A stretch of 63,184 nt of DNA, the filler included, from Trichomonas gallinae (lineage: Eukaryota): the NCBI GenBank assembly GCA_008369845.1. It is 5 parts of 5 records of this genome, joined end to end, with 100 filler letters (N's around TTAATTAATTAA, not from the genome) between each part and the next. Parts side by side here need not be neighbours in the genome. Positions count along the whole stretch, not along the records: positions 1 to 28,395 come from MRSU01000442.1; 4 more parts are not named here. The stretch is one strand, 5' to 3'. The translations under genes were made by a program, and so were the position numbers. Shown piece by piece: positions 1 to 11,225 of the stretch. The notes beneath the pieces were generated by a model. It saw only the letters and a list, made by a program, of their open reading frames with translations. It was not told the origin of the DNA and ran no database searches. Positions within the stretch are counted from its first letter, which is position 1, and each line of letters opens with the position of its first letter.

Positions 1-64
1 CCGGAGTTGAACCGGCGACCTTGCGCTTACAAGGCGCACGCAATAACCACTATGCTACGCAGGC
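1..64 (-). tRNA. tRNA-Thr(UGU), 3' end cut off by the window start
   Basis: Reverse complement reads GCCTGCG-TA-GCATAGTGGTTATTGC-G-TGCGC-CTTGTAA-GCGCA-AGGTC-GCCGG-TTCAACT-CCGG: D arm, perfect 5-bp anticodon stem with anticodon TGT, and T loop. Confidence 0.93.
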
Positions 65-204
65 TTTACATTTATTCAAACATTATATTATATAGCATAT
101 TATATATTTAAAACATTTGTACGTTTTAATTTTTTTTTTCGTCAGAATTTCTTTGGAAATCTCGTTAATAGATTTGATCCTTTAGATAATAAACTTGCTT
201 AAAA

Positions 205-1599
205 ATGGCACTTGTTTCTTTCAAAAAGATTCACCCGCCACCTCCAAAGATAAATCCTCATCCCATTCAGTACAGTTTCAATCCATCTCCACCATCACCA
301 AGAGTAAGCAGCCCAAATTCAGCGAGAACCTCTAATCCAAGATTCAGCAGAACACCAGTATCAGCAAGAGCAAAAGAAATCTCACCAATTATTCCAAATG
401 GACCAATAACACCAAATGAAGCCAAAGCAATGTATTCATCATTGCTCACAGCATACGAATTAACAGAAATCAACGACTTCGAAGAAATATTTTACTTAGG
501 AATGCCAAGTAAAAAAGTAAAAGTCAAACCAGAGCCAGGCAAAGATAATTACGGCTTTGATGACTCAGCGCATCATTATAAAGCGCAAATCGGCGATCAT
601 CTTGCTTACAGATTCGAAATCAAATCAATTTTCGGCAAAGGAGCCTTCGGGCAAGTTGTTAAATGCTACGACCATAAAACTAAGAAGAATGTAGCAATAA
701 AACTCGTAATTAATACTACTCAAATGCATGAACAAGGTAGAATCGAAGTTGCTATAATTCAGCATTTGAATAGACAAGATCCAGATGGAGAGAACAGCAT
801 CATCAAGACATTCGATTCGTTCATCTGGAGAAATCATATTGCTTGTAGTTTTGAGATTTTGGGACCAAATCTCTACGAATATTCAAGATCCATTCATTTC
901 AAGCCAATGACATCAAATCAAATCAGATCAATAGCCAAAAACATGCTACAAGCGCTTGCATTTTGCCATCAAAATAATATTGTCCATTGTGATATGAAGC
1001 CAGAAAACGTTTTGCTTCTTCCTAATTCGAACATGCACTGCAAAGTCATCGATTTTGGGTCAGGCTGTTTAATTGGCCACCAAAAGTACGAATACATTCA
1101 ATCTAGATTCTACAGAGCTCCAGAAGTCATTCTAGGAATAAAGTACGGACCACCAATGGATATATGGAGCTTCGCGTGCATCATCGTAGAAATGCTCATC
1201 GGCCGTCCGCTGTTTCCTGGCGAGAATGAGCCAGAGACATTGGAGATGATGATGGAAATCTTCGGCGTGCCTCCAAAATCTATGGTCGACTGCTGCAAGA
1301 GAAGAAGCTGCTACTTTGATCAGAACGGAAATCCATTGCAGCGCAGCAGAGTTAAAAAGCACAGAAAGCCAGGCTCACTGAATCTCAGAGCAGTCACAAA
1401 ATTCTCAGACCCAATTTTGATTGATTTCCTCGAGAGATGCTTCACTTGGGAGCAGGAGAAGAGGATGACAGCGCAAGAAGCCCTCAGCCATCCATGGTTC
1501 TCTGTTGTCAAGACAATCAGGAAGAGCTCTAGGGCATTCTCAGCAAGACCGAGTAGCAAGATTCTCCCAGGACTCACAAGGAATAGATATGTTGACTAA
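205..1599 (+). CDS. DYRK-family (class 2-like) CMGC protein kinase
   Basis: DH box (GFDDSAHHY), GKGAFGQV, VAIK, HCDMKPEN, DFG, activation loop YEYIQSRFYRAPE (YxY), DIWSFAC; Pro/Ser-rich N-terminus. Confidence 0.93.
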   Translation: MALVSFKKIHPPPPKINPHPIQYSFNPSPPSPRVSSPNSARTSNPRFSRTPVSARAKEISPIIPNGPITPNEAKAMYSSLLTAYELTEINDFEEIFYLGMPSKKVKVKPEPGKDNYGFDDSAHHYKAQIGDHLAYRFEIKSIFGKGAFGQVVKCYDHKTKKNVAIKLVINTTQMHEQGRIEVAIIQHLNRQDPDGENSIIKTFDSFIWRNHIACSFEILGPNLYEYSRSIHFKPMTSNQIRSIAKNMLQALAFCHQNNIVHCDMKPENVLLLPNSNMHCKVIDFGSGCLIGHQKYEYIQSRFYRAPEVILGIKYGPPMDIWSFACIIVEMLIGRPLFPGENEPETLEMMMEIFGVPPKSMVDCCKRRSCYFDQNGNPLQRSRVKKHRKPGSLNLRAVTKFSDPILIDFLERCFTWEQEKRMTAQEALSHPWFSVVKTIRKSSRAFSARPSSKILPGLTRNRYVD

Positions 1600-1874
1600 T
1601 TTATATTATGTTATGTTTTGTTTAAATTTCGATTTCATTTTATATTCTCATTATTTACTCGCAGCATCATCCTTACAAATTAGACATAACTTTAGAAATT
1701 TTTTCTCATTCGTGAATAAGGATAAAGAAGCGATTGATATGATTCTTTTCTATGATTGAATTAGCTAATTCAAGAATTATATGGCATATATTGATTTCAT
1801 TTTCAATATTTGGATGCATATAATGAAGTCTTTATGAAAGATTATCAACATGTTTCTCAGCTTTTAGATCAAAG

Positions 1875-2552
1875 TTAAATAATCAAAACTATCAAGTATA
1901 GCAATTTTGAAATAGAAGAAGACTGATAAAATATGTTTCTGCATGTGAGGCAATGAAAATGTGATAACAATAATTTCAATGAATCTACAGATGGAACTTC
2001 TATCCAAAGATCAACTTGCTGAACTGTGTAGTTAGTTGGACCAAATACTGGACCTGGAAAATGATTTGCGAATGCAAAGTATTGATAACATCCAATAGCA
2101 TACCACCATCTATCTTCGATATTTGGGGAACCATCAATTTTAGTGAATTCTTTGTCTATTAAACTTGTCAATGCAAAACCTTTAAAATAATCAAAATCAT
2201 CTCCTTCTTCTTTATTGTATTCGACATCAGTGGTATTTTCGTCAATGAAATAGCTTTGACTGAATATTTGATGTTTAAATATTTGTGGATATTCAAGCAA
2301 AAATTTAAATTTATCATTTATAACAAACAAATTAGAGCTACTTTTTACATCACCTATGATGCTATAAATGTTTTTGTTGTATAAATGATTGACATTGTCT
2401 TTCTTGAAGAAATCACCATAACGCGAATTATGATGTAAAACTAGTAACCAACTTCTATTATAATCATATTTAAGCTTGTACCAACCTAAAGTGAATGAAT
2501 TATTATAATTTACGTCAGTATAGTTTGATACATTGACATATACAGATGTCAT
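1875..2552 (-). CDS. Hypothetical surface/secreted protein with a hydrophobic C-terminal tail (weak fibrinogen-C-like resemblance)
   Basis: 225-aa ORF with W/Y/F-rich motifs (WLLVLHHNS, FLLEYP, WWYAIG) ending CLTC...LLYLIVLII. TGTCACTTTT and TCATT lie just upstream. Confidence 0.6.
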   Translation of the reverse strand: MTSVYVNVSNYTDVNYNNSFTLGWYKLKYDYNRSWLLVLHHNSRYGDFFKKDNVNHLYNKNIYSIIGDVKSSSNLFVINDKFKFLLEYPQIFKHQIFSQSYFIDENTTDVEYNKEEGDDFDYFKGFALTSLIDKEFTKIDGSPNIEDRWWYAIGCYQYFAFANHFPGPVFGPTNYTVQQVDLWIEVPSVDSLKLLLSHFHCLTCRNIFYQSSSISKLLYLIVLII

Positions 2553-2784
2553 TACATGGCAAAATGAAAAGTGACAATTTTATCGGTCGCCCTCATATCT
2601 TGAATTTAGAGAATAAATATCGGCAAAAAAAGACTAGATTACGCAATACCCCATTGAATAAGTAGAAGCAAGTATTATGGTGTTCGTATATAATATTATA
2701 TACTTTTTTTGTTACACAATGATAAGATCCTATTATTAAACATAATACATCTATATTTTATAAATACATAACAAGAATTTGATA

Positions 2785-3168
2785 TTATTGTATAAATAAT
2801 ATTCCTGGGGATGTTTCTATGGCCTGTGGGTATTTTTCTCGTATTCCTTCGATGACATCTGGTATAATCATCCTATTTTGTATATTGACTCCTGTTTCTT
2901 CAAGTTTCAAAACTTTCAAAGTATTTGCAGTGAGAATGAAGTTAATAACTCCGGGCACAGTGAGTTTCGGGCACCCAGATATACACAGCATCCTCAGTGT
3001 TCTTATTTCATGAACAATTAGCCTCAAAGCTGACGAGTTTCCGTTCTTCCAGCCGAACAAATAAAACTTTCCAAGTCTAATTTTTTCATCGCCTCGATTA
3101 TCCAGTATGTAGAGATCTGCTCTGAGTGCGCGAAGCTCAGATGCTTGAGGTGTGGAAATCCGCAGCAT
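2785..3168 (-). CDS. Small hypothetical protein with Cys-containing LRR-like segments
   Basis: 127-aa ORF, GC-richer than its flanks; LRMLCISGCPKLT and LKVLKLEET resemble cysteine-containing LRR repeats. Confidence 0.5.
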   Translation of the reverse strand: MLRISTPQASELRALRADLYILDNRGDEKIRLGKFYLFGWKNGNSSALRLIVHEIRTLRMLCISGCPKLTVPGVINFILTANTLKVLKLEETGVNIQNRMIIPDVIEGIREKYPQAIETSPGILFIQ

Positions 3169-3549
3169 ATCAGACGCAAGAGTCTGTAAAAACTAGCGAA
3201 ATCTATAAAATTTGAGAACTATATAATATACAGCTTGTAGTTAAAATATATCATAGTTTAATGGATTTGTTAAGGTTATATTTTGATAGGAAAGACAAAC
3301 GTTTGTAAATTCATTAAAAATCCTAAATTCCAAAACCATTAAATCTATATTTGTTATGACAGCAAGTTGTTCGTTTAAAATGTCATTTTTCAACATGAAA
3401 CCTAACTTCATACCGATTCAATTTCTTTTTGTAGGATATTTAAAGGATAACATCAACAGTAAGAATACTCTTTGTTAATAAGATATATTCCTCATATACA
3501 TTCGAGTATATTTTTAAATTTTATCAAAACGAAATTTTATTAATATTGT

Positions 3550-4458
3550 ATGAGACTTGAACGGATATCAGATAGAATTACTGGATCAGATGAACAAATA
3601 TATCATATTTACTGCTCGAGTTTTTATAATTTTACTGATAGAGCAATATTTATTTCAAGTTCTTCTGATTCATGCAAGTTTTACTTGTTTCATAGTGCAT
3701 TTGTTAATAATTCTGTAGATGGCTTATATGGTGGCGCAGTTTATTTTGGATTACATGGAAGTTCTGAATTAAAATGCGTTCATGCTACAAAATCTCAAAC
3801 TGTAGGGACAGATAATGGCGCTGTTGTATTCTACATATATGTTTCTAATTCATTTTCAAATTATCTTACCTTTTTAACATGTATTGACAACGGAAATCCC
3901 AATGATGGAAATAATATGATCAAACTTATAAATGGCCACATGGTTTTCACGGAATCAAACATGACGCATTCACAAATTTTCCGTGATTCGTGTTTTGAAA
4001 CAACAAATGGTGGAAATATGACTGCTAGCTTTAACACATTTGCATATAATACATGTCAAAGTCATCATATAGCATTTAATGGCCAAAGTATATACTTTTT
4101 AAGCAATAATATTATTAATCTGACTTTAGTGAAAGGTCGCAGTGGAATGATATATTTTGGTGACTCTGTTAAAGCCAAATTGGAAGGTTGTTCATTTGTT
4201 GACACAGAATATCCATATTTTGTTGCATCTGGTCAAATTGTTGATCTTACTTTAGTTAATTGTTCTTTAATCGCAGATATAAGTATGACACGTGGAAATT
4301 TTTCGATGGATACATCTCAACTCGGTGATGATGAGTTTTTGAATCAAATCATTGTCAAAACAATTTTTTGTGAATATTCATTTAAAGAGGAAATCATACT
4401 TCAACATAACAGATTCGTTGATGGAGTTTGTATGATAGCAATATATTGTGATTTTTAG
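3550..4458 (+). CDS. Pmp-like / right-handed beta-helix putative surface protein
   Basis: FVNN...YGGAVYF (FxxN plus GGA[IV]) motifs and an Asn/Cys ladder pattern; short hydrophobic C-terminus; no clear signal peptide. Confidence 0.6.
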   Translation: MRLERISDRITGSDEQIYHIYCSSFYNFTDRAIFISSSSDSCKFYLFHSAFVNNSVDGLYGGAVYFGLHGSSELKCVHATKSQTVGTDNGAVVFYIYVSNSFSNYLTFLTCIDNGNPNDGNNMIKLINGHMVFTESNMTHSQIFRDSCFETTNGGNMTASFNTFAYNTCQSHHIAFNGQSIYFLSNNIINLTLVKGRSGMIYFGDSVKAKLEGCSFVDTEYPYFVASGQIVDLTLVNCSLIADISMTRGNFSMDTSQLGDDEFLNQIIVKTIFCEYSFKEEIILQHNRFVDGVCMIAIYCDF

Positions 4459-5265
4459 TAAATATAATGTGAATAGCTTATATTATTTGACAAAGAGTGA
4501 AACTATGCTAATATAAATTATAATGATTAACTCGCAAAATCCGAAAATACTATTAATAATATCATCAAATAATTTATACTATCTTCCTTTGTTTAATGAT
4601 AAAATGCGATACTATACAATTAAATAATATAAATCTTAAAACACACAATTCCACATTTATATTGATATTTTGATCATTTAAAATTAATCTCAATAACATA
4701 TATTCTATGGCAAAATGTAGCATAATTAAAATATAGATTATAAATATTTACTTAAATAACCCCAAATTCTAATCAATTTGATCGATGAATAATGATCAAT
4801 ATGAATGACTTATATTATATGGCAAAAAGTGACATTATGATGATGTAGATTATAAATTTAAACTTAAACAACCCCAATATTCAAATTGAAAAATGGAAGA
4901 AAAAAAAACTTATCAATTTTTATGACCTGCTATGAATTCATCATCGTTATGTTGCTGTAAAGATGATATATTACAGGCTCGCGCACGTTATTATCCAAAA
5001 TCCATTCAATTTTGACTAGTAACGTGCTTTATGACGCGTAAATTTTTTACATTTCAAAAAGCTCATAAATTTCAACGTGCTTTTTTATTTTTCGCCCGTA
5101 TTAAAAATATAAGAATTTTGATGTGTATAGAGCAAGAATAATCAAAATAAAACCATAAAAAATTATACATAAAAAATAAATCGCCAATAACCTGAGGAAT
5201 AGACTCACTACAAGTCGAAAAGTTGTTTTATTTGTTCAAAGTTTGTCATTATTTATAGTGAAAAA

Positions 5266-6351
5266 ATGATGAATCAAGATTCATCTGATACTAGTGATGA
5301 GGAGCTTGTTATCAGGCCATCACCAGTCAGAGAGTCTCGAAATGCTGGTAGAAGAACCAGAAACACTACAACAAGAACAAGAACTAGAAATTCTACAACA
5401 AACGATAAACCTCAACAAGAAGAAAGCAAACCTGCCCCATTTATACTTAATGACTCGTCAGAAACTTCTAGTGAAGTTGAAATCAAAACAGTTCCTAAAC
5501 AGCAGCCGAAGCCGGTTGAATCTCCAAAAACTGAACAGCATATTGAAGAATTCGTATTACCAGATGATTCTGATGAAGATAATAATAATAAATTCGAGAA
5601 ATCTTCCGAAAATTCATCAAATAAAATTGATGAAGAAAATAAACAAGAAGATACGATACAAGGAACATTTTCTACGCAACATCATGAACATGAAACTCAT
5701 GATGGTGAAGGTAAAGTTGTAAAAAAACGTAAAAAAATATTGCGTTCAGAATACGTCCAGAAACACTTAAGCAAACCATCAACATTATATAGAGTTCACA
5801 GAGTTAAAAATACTAATATTACACAACGCTTAATATTCCAAGTATTTAAGAAAAATGAATGTTTATTGACAGCTAAGGGCAAAAGTGTTGTAATTAATAT
5901 GCTGAGAGTTCAGAAAGGCGATGAATCGCATTTAAGCGCCACACAATTTTATGCAACAATAAAAATTAATGGCTGGCTTCAAAAACGATTCGAACTATAT
6001 TATGGAAGCGGTGAACAAGGAGAACCGAAGATGGTGTTGGATATGAATCCAGGCAGTGCATCTACAACAAGAACAACAACAGTTGTTTCAATTGATGATG
6101 AAAATTTGCAGAAGCTTTTCCCTATACATTCCAGAGATCCAATATATAATGAACAGAAGGGCACATGGCAGCTAGATTTCCTGGGAAAGTTCGTTTTAAG
6201 ATCTGTTAAAAATGCAATTATCGATGGAAAGAACCACAGCAGATTGCTAACCATTAGAAAAACAACACAAGAAGACTTAGAACTCGAGACAACTGTTGAA
6301 ATGGACCCTTTATATATTTTAGTTTTTGGAGTTGCTGCTTTTATCGTTTAA
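5266..6351 (+). CDS. Tubby C-terminal-domain protein
   Basis: Acidic disordered N-half followed by PIYNEQKGTWQLDFLGKFVLRSVKNAII...DPLYILVFGVAAF, matching the tubby signature PxWNExxxxYxLNFxGRVxxxSVKNF. Confidence 0.8.
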   Translation: MMNQDSSDTSDEELVIRPSPVRESRNAGRRTRNTTTRTRTRNSTTNDKPQQEESKPAPFILNDSSETSSEVEIKTVPKQQPKPVESPKTEQHIEEFVLPDDSDEDNNNKFEKSSENSSNKIDEENKQEDTIQGTFSTQHHEHETHDGEGKVVKKRKKILRSEYVQKHLSKPSTLYRVHRVKNTNITQRLIFQVFKKNECLLTAKGKSVVINMLRVQKGDESHLSATQFYATIKINGWLQKRFELYYGSGEQGEPKMVLDMNPGSASTTRTTTVVSIDDENLQKLFPIHSRDPIYNEQKGTWQLDFLGKFVLRSVKNAIIDGKNHSRLLTIRKTTQEDLELETTVEMDPLYILVFGVAAFIV

Positions 6352-6554
6352 TATAGATAGCTTCAATGAAGTCATCAATGTTAGTATTTTCACCACTTAA
6401 AATAGATTTGTTAGTAAATTAATTAAAATTTTCCAAAATTAATTTAATTAACTGCATATTAGTTAACATGAAGCAAAAATAATGGATTATATAAATATCA
6501 TTTACGCATTTCATACCAATAAAGAGTTTAAAATATAACAAAATAAAATAGTAA

Positions 6555-7376
6555 TTAGAGAAGAGACAACGAGTGGTTCCTTTTTGTCTTATTCAATTCA
6601 TGAGATTTCCTTGGAGAAAGGTTAGAAAGCAAAACTTTCTTTGTTTCATTATTTTGATGATCATCAATAACGCGCTCCATGATGACACGTGAAGAGCAGG
6701 CACCATCGACCTTGTGTTGTTCGATTGCTGCATTGTTTTTGAGCTTAAGAGCACGTTTCAAATCTTTGATTCTCAATTCATAGTCATTTCTCATTTCTTC
6801 GTATTCTCGTTTGTGTCTGGCCATCATTTGACTTAACTGTCTCCTGAAATGTGCATCAATTGGCTTGTATTCCTTGAAATTCGTTTGATTTTTGAGTCTG
6901 ATTGCTTCATTTCGCTTCGCAATGGCAGCATCATACTGGTGAGCTCTAGCTAAGTTCTGGGCCGTTATGAACATTTCATCAATGTTTGATTGTATCTTCT
7001 GGAATTCTTTTTGACGTGCTTGCTTCCACTGCTGCGAAACCTCATCAAGCTCTGCTTTCTGCTTTTTCTCTACACGTTCGAAATGTTCTTGTAAATTCAT
7101 TCTTTCTATTTCACATTGGTTCTCGAAATCAAGTTGATTTTCTTGATGTTGTCTTTTCATTTCAGCGCGTGCTTGCTGGATGTATTTAGTCTGTTCTCTT
7201 CTATAAAACGTCTCCCTTCTCGCTATATCTTCCTCCTGAATAATTTTTCTTGATTGATACAGAATTTTAGCCTTTTCGAAGTCAAATGCCTGAATAGCAT
7301 TCTCCTCCTCTAAGTCAAAGCCGAAATTATCCATCATTTTAAATAGCTCATCCTTGCCACTCGAATTATCCATCAT
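6555..7376 (-). CDS. Coiled-coil protein with two UVR-like motifs
   Basis: 273 aa, E/Q/K/R-rich. EEENAIQAFDFEKAK and AQNLARAHQYDAAIAKRNEAIRL resemble UvrB/UvrC (UVR) coiled-coil motifs. Confidence 0.65.
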   Translation of the reverse strand: MMDNSSGKDELFKMMDNFGFDLEEENAIQAFDFEKAKILYQSRKIIQEEDIARRETFYRREQTKYIQQARAEMKRQHQENQLDFENQCEIERMNLQEHFERVEKKQKAELDEVSQQWKQARQKEFQKIQSNIDEMFITAQNLARAHQYDAAIAKRNEAIRLKNQTNFKEYKPIDAHFRRQLSQMMARHKREYEEMRNDYELRIKDLKRALKLKNNAAIEQHKVDGACSSRVIMERVIDDHQNNETKKVLLSNLSPRKSHELNKTKRNHSLSLL

Positions 7377-7855
7377 TTTCGTTATTTGCTAAACGTACAA
7401 CATTTTCGATAAATTTTTAGACGAAAATATCTATATATTTATAACAAACTAAATGCGCATGAGCATTTTAACTAACTTTTCCTTGTAAACTCTCAATATT
7501 TTTTATATCGAAAATATTTTACTCGTAAATGACCATAAAATCAGCATTAATCAACTATATTATTTTTATACTTTATATTACAAAAAGATTAATGCTATAT
7601 CTCGAATATTCATTTGATAAATATAGCAATCTTTTATAATAAAGTAATATTATGAATATATATAATAGATAGATTATAGATATGATAATAAAATGGATTA
7701 TGATGGCAAATTTTTGGAAATTATTGAAGTTTTTGAGGTTTGGAGCAGAAATTCCATGATAATATGGATTATTAAAGAAAGAAAATGATAATAAATAACT
7801 CAAGTAAAATTGAAGAACTCTGTTTATAAAAAATAAGTAATCAAGAAAAGTGACA

Positions 7856-9043
7856 ATGCGTGTTGAGTTTAGAATTGTCAACGGTCAAACTTTTCGATTA
7901 AATCTAATCGAAAACGTCACCGTACGTCAGATCAAACAGTATCTCGTCGACAAGAACTATCTTCAACCTGGTTTCGTTAAAATTATATTTCATTCTCGAT
8001 ATTTATCAGATAACGTTAAACTTTCGTCACTGAATTTAAAAGGATATGATTTTTTAATATGTCATAGCAAGAAAGTTAAAGAAAAAGAAGAAAAACCACC
8101 TGAAAATGAAAATCATAGCGAAAATCAACAACAAAATGGTCAAGAAAACCAGAACCAAAATGAAGAACAGCCTGATATTGTTACTGACGACGCCAGAGAA
8201 GCTTTGATGGCACTTGGATTTTCAACGCGAGAAGCTTATATAGCGCTAAGGTTGGCGCGCAACAATGTCGAACTAGCTGCAGATCTATTGTATTATAACA
8301 GAAATCCGCATATGGAAAGAAATCCAGCACAACCAAGAACATTAGACATGCCACCTCAAAATCGTGCGCTCAGAAATATTAGTTTTCAAGAAGAGCCTGT
8401 TAACCCGAGTGTTCGTATAAATCCGGTGTCGATTGAAATTACTGATCAAACAATTCTTGATGAATCACCTAATATTACTATGGATTTGCAATCTCTACCA
8501 ATAGTAGAGGAAATTAAGGCGCATCCTGAGAAATTTTCAGATTTTATTAAAATAGTCGATTCAACTGATCATGATTTTGCTACTTCGATACGCTCAAATC
8601 CAGAGTCTTTCCTCATAAAGATAGGATGCAATCCAAATGATTACGATTGCGAAGAAATAAGATTTATATCTCCAGAATTCAGATATTTGCCTGTAAAAAT
8701 ACGAAGAAGTATGAGAAATATCCTTCGTATGAAGCGAACAGGCTTGATTAGCATTGTCGAAATGCTTTCTGAATGCAACCAAAAATTCGATGGACCAGTT
8801 AGGAAAAATCCTGAAGGATTCATCAAAGGTCTTGGACTAGATCCAAGAGATTATGACTGTAATAGCATAAGATCAGAATTACAGCCAACATTAGATGAAG
8901 TTTCAAATTTCCTCACTCCAGAAGAATTGCAAGAAGTTGAATATCTTAGCAATCTTGGAATAGGAATAAACTTCATTCTAAACCAGTTAGATCATTACGA
9001 TCGCGATGTCGATGTTTTACATAACGAATTGACAACATTATAA
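7856..9043 (+). CDS. Rad23-like UBL-UBA ubiquitin shuttle protein
   Basis: N-terminal UBL (MRVEFR...KIIFHSRYLSD), UBA (ALMALGFSTREAYIALRLARNNVELAADLL), a duplicated STI1/XPC-binding-like NPExF repeat, and a degenerate C-terminal UBA. First ATG is at 7856 (the track used GTG 7850). Confidence 0.8.
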   Translation: MRVEFRIVNGQTFRLNLIENVTVRQIKQYLVDKNYLQPGFVKIIFHSRYLSDNVKLSSLNLKGYDFLICHSKKVKEKEEKPPENENHSENQQQNGQENQNQNEEQPDIVTDDAREALMALGFSTREAYIALRLARNNVELAADLLYYNRNPHMERNPAQPRTLDMPPQNRALRNISFQEEPVNPSVRINPVSIEITDQTILDESPNITMDLQSLPIVEEIKAHPEKFSDFIKIVDSTDHDFATSIRSNPESFLIKIGCNPNDYDCEEIRFISPEFRYLPVKIRRSMRNILRMKRTGLISIVEMLSECNQKFDGPVRKNPEGFIKGLGLDPRDYDCNSIRSELQPTLDEVSNFLTPEELQEVEYLSNLGIGINFILNQLDHYDRDVDVLHNELTTL

Positions 9044-9663
9044 TATTATTGTATGCCTTCTAATGCGTTTTGATGCGCTTTTTCACCCTTGTTTTGTTAT
9101 TGATAAAACGATTTTAATATTTGATATGTCTTTTTAATGCTGGGCTACCTCATCATTAAGAAAAGTGAGAGAGCCTCGTCCATTATATACATTTTCTTAT
9201 TCAATCTTCAATTTTCGAATAAGAATTTTCACCGATATTTGGTTAACTCTCTTTATTTTTTAACACACTACGTATAACTTAATATGATTTAAATCTGCAT
9301 CAAGTTCTTTTCATTTTTTAAGTAATTTTGACATGTAAATTATTTACATGGTATATAAAGATCATGAATAATAAATATACAATAATACAGATAAGTATTG
9401 TTATTAATACTATGTATAGCATCCTAGTTGCCCAATCTATATAGCTCAATGAAAAAAGAATTGAAAATGTTACAGAACGAAATATTATATCAATAATTTT
9501 TACAATAACTTCTTTCCTTATTATTTCACCACTAGTGCATATATATATTAATAAGTAATGATAATGAGATATATCTCATTATCATTGAATGTTGTTGAAA
9601 CTAAAAAATAAGTTAATTTGGATTTGAAAAATTTGATAATATTCTCAAAAAACATGAGCCTTT

Positions 9664-10680
9664 TTATGAATTTGTCTGTCTTAATACAGCAACAATCTTG
9701 GAGTTTGTGTTGGAGACGTTGAGGATTGCACGAAGAATAACACCCATGAAAACGTTATCATATTCACCTGAAATGAGTGTTGACTTATCCTTCTCTATGA
9801 CATCGCCGAACATCTGGAGCGAGTGAGTGAGCATCTTTGAATCAGCATCTTCCAAGCCTGGTTTAGAAAGGAATTGGCGAGCGCGGGATAAAACAAGAGC
9901 AGCGCATCCGAGTCTGAACCTTCTAGCAGCAAGGTTCTTGAATCCAGCACGAGAAATTTCACGAGCGAAGGCAACAACCCACTTTGGCTTGCATGTTCTG
10001 AGGAAGTCGATTAAGCGGTTGTAGAAATCGATGGCAAACTGACTGGAATCTTCGATATCGACATCCTTCAAAACCATAAATGTGGTAAAGAAGAAACGCT
10101 TCTTGTAGTTTGGCAGCATATCTAAGAATCTGACAAGTGATTTCTGTCCTGTTTCCTGATTCAAGAAGTGGACCAAATTTTGATGCTTTTCTGGCTTACC
10201 TTCAACATCAAATGCACTTGTTTCATCGAGTTCGATAAGGTGAGCGCAGAATCGGACATAGGCATTGATAGAAGGCTGGTTTTTCTCTGGTTGTCTGTTG
10301 AGTTCTTCGAGCTGGATAAGCTTTGCCCAGAACCTGTTGATGAGAAGCTCGTTTGTTTCGAATGGAAGAGAATAATCGAGAGAGATTTTTGCATTTGTTC
10401 TGAATGGCTGTGACTCGATTGAATGCTTAGAAGTTGTAAATCCTAAGGCATGAATATCGGCATCAGCGAAGCCTTCATATCTGTTTGTTTTTGTTGTTTG
10501 AACTTTGATTGTATTTTCTGGTTTTGTGAGGCCTTTTCTCTTTTGATCAATAGCGGTGAAGTAAAAATCGTCACCAGCGCGTTGGGCCATCAAGGAAACG
10601 AAACGGTCCCTCATTGATTCAAGATCAGATACCTTTACAGCCTTGAAAACTGGAGAGTTCGGCTGAACTTTGAAAGCCAT
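9664..10680 (-). CDS. Putative Pat1-like mRNA decapping activator (mid plus C-terminal domain only)
   Basis: Motif order DDFYF...ALGFTTSK...LLINRFWAKLIQLEE...FLNQETGQKSLVRFL parallels Pat1 motifs DFYF...SLGKIS...LIExVYxxILDLE...MLSFDKGIKIMPRIF. Host-optimised codons. Confidence 0.55.
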   Translation of the reverse strand: MAFKVQPNSPVFKAVKVSDLESMRDRFVSLMAQRAGDDFYFTAIDQKRKGLTKPENTIKVQTTKTNRYEGFADADIHALGFTTSKHSIESQPFRTNAKISLDYSLPFETNELLINRFWAKLIQLEELNRQPEKNQPSINAYVRFCAHLIELDETSAFDVEGKPEKHQNLVHFLNQETGQKSLVRFLDMLPNYKKRFFFTTFMVLKDVDIEDSSQFAIDFYNRLIDFLRTCKPKWVVAFAREISRAGFKNLAARRFRLGCAALVLSRARQFLSKPGLEDADSKMLTHSLQMFGDVIEKDKSTLISGEYDNVFMGVILRAILNVSNTNSKIVAVLRQTNS

Positions 10681-11225
10681 TTTAGGAAAAATTTACAAGC
10701 GGTTTTGACAGTTTACAAACTCATTTATATAAGGTTATTTTAGTATTTTGACACATAAAGTCTAATATGTCAAATTTGTTATAGCATTTATTAGGATTGA
10801 AATTCTTTTAATGACTAATGAATATTTTACTTTTTATACTATAGCTTCTACTCATGAGTCGGAAAGTTCCACAAAATAATTATTTTCTTATTTCATCAAT
10901 ATTCTTATTCCATTTCTTCAGACTAGCGAAAGTATATATATTGAAACATAGCTTATGCTTTAATCTTAAATAATTTTTATTTTGTATTGAATAAAATAAA
11001 ATTAGAAAGTATTAAATAATGCAAATAACTTGATATTTAACTTGATAATGTAAATATTAATTATAGGAGGCATTTTGCGTCCAATATAATTATACGATAT
11101 TTTGATTAATGATTTTTAAGGAAAATTATTTATGAAGCAATGAAATTTGCATGATTTCAAATAGTAATTTATTGTATGTTTTCTATAAATCCATAAAAAA
11201 ATAAAATGAACAAAAATATAAAAAA

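Noticed and set aside
4980..5085. GCACGTTA/TAACGTGC inverted repeat and repeated AACGTGCTTT upstream of the tubby gene
   Set aside because: 8-10-bp matches; possibly regulatory but too short to support a call.
7573..7881. Hydrophobic AT-rich ORFs (also 12435, 16802, 50038, 56289)
   Set aside because: F/I/Y/N/K-biased translations of intergenic DNA, mostly with non-ATG starts.
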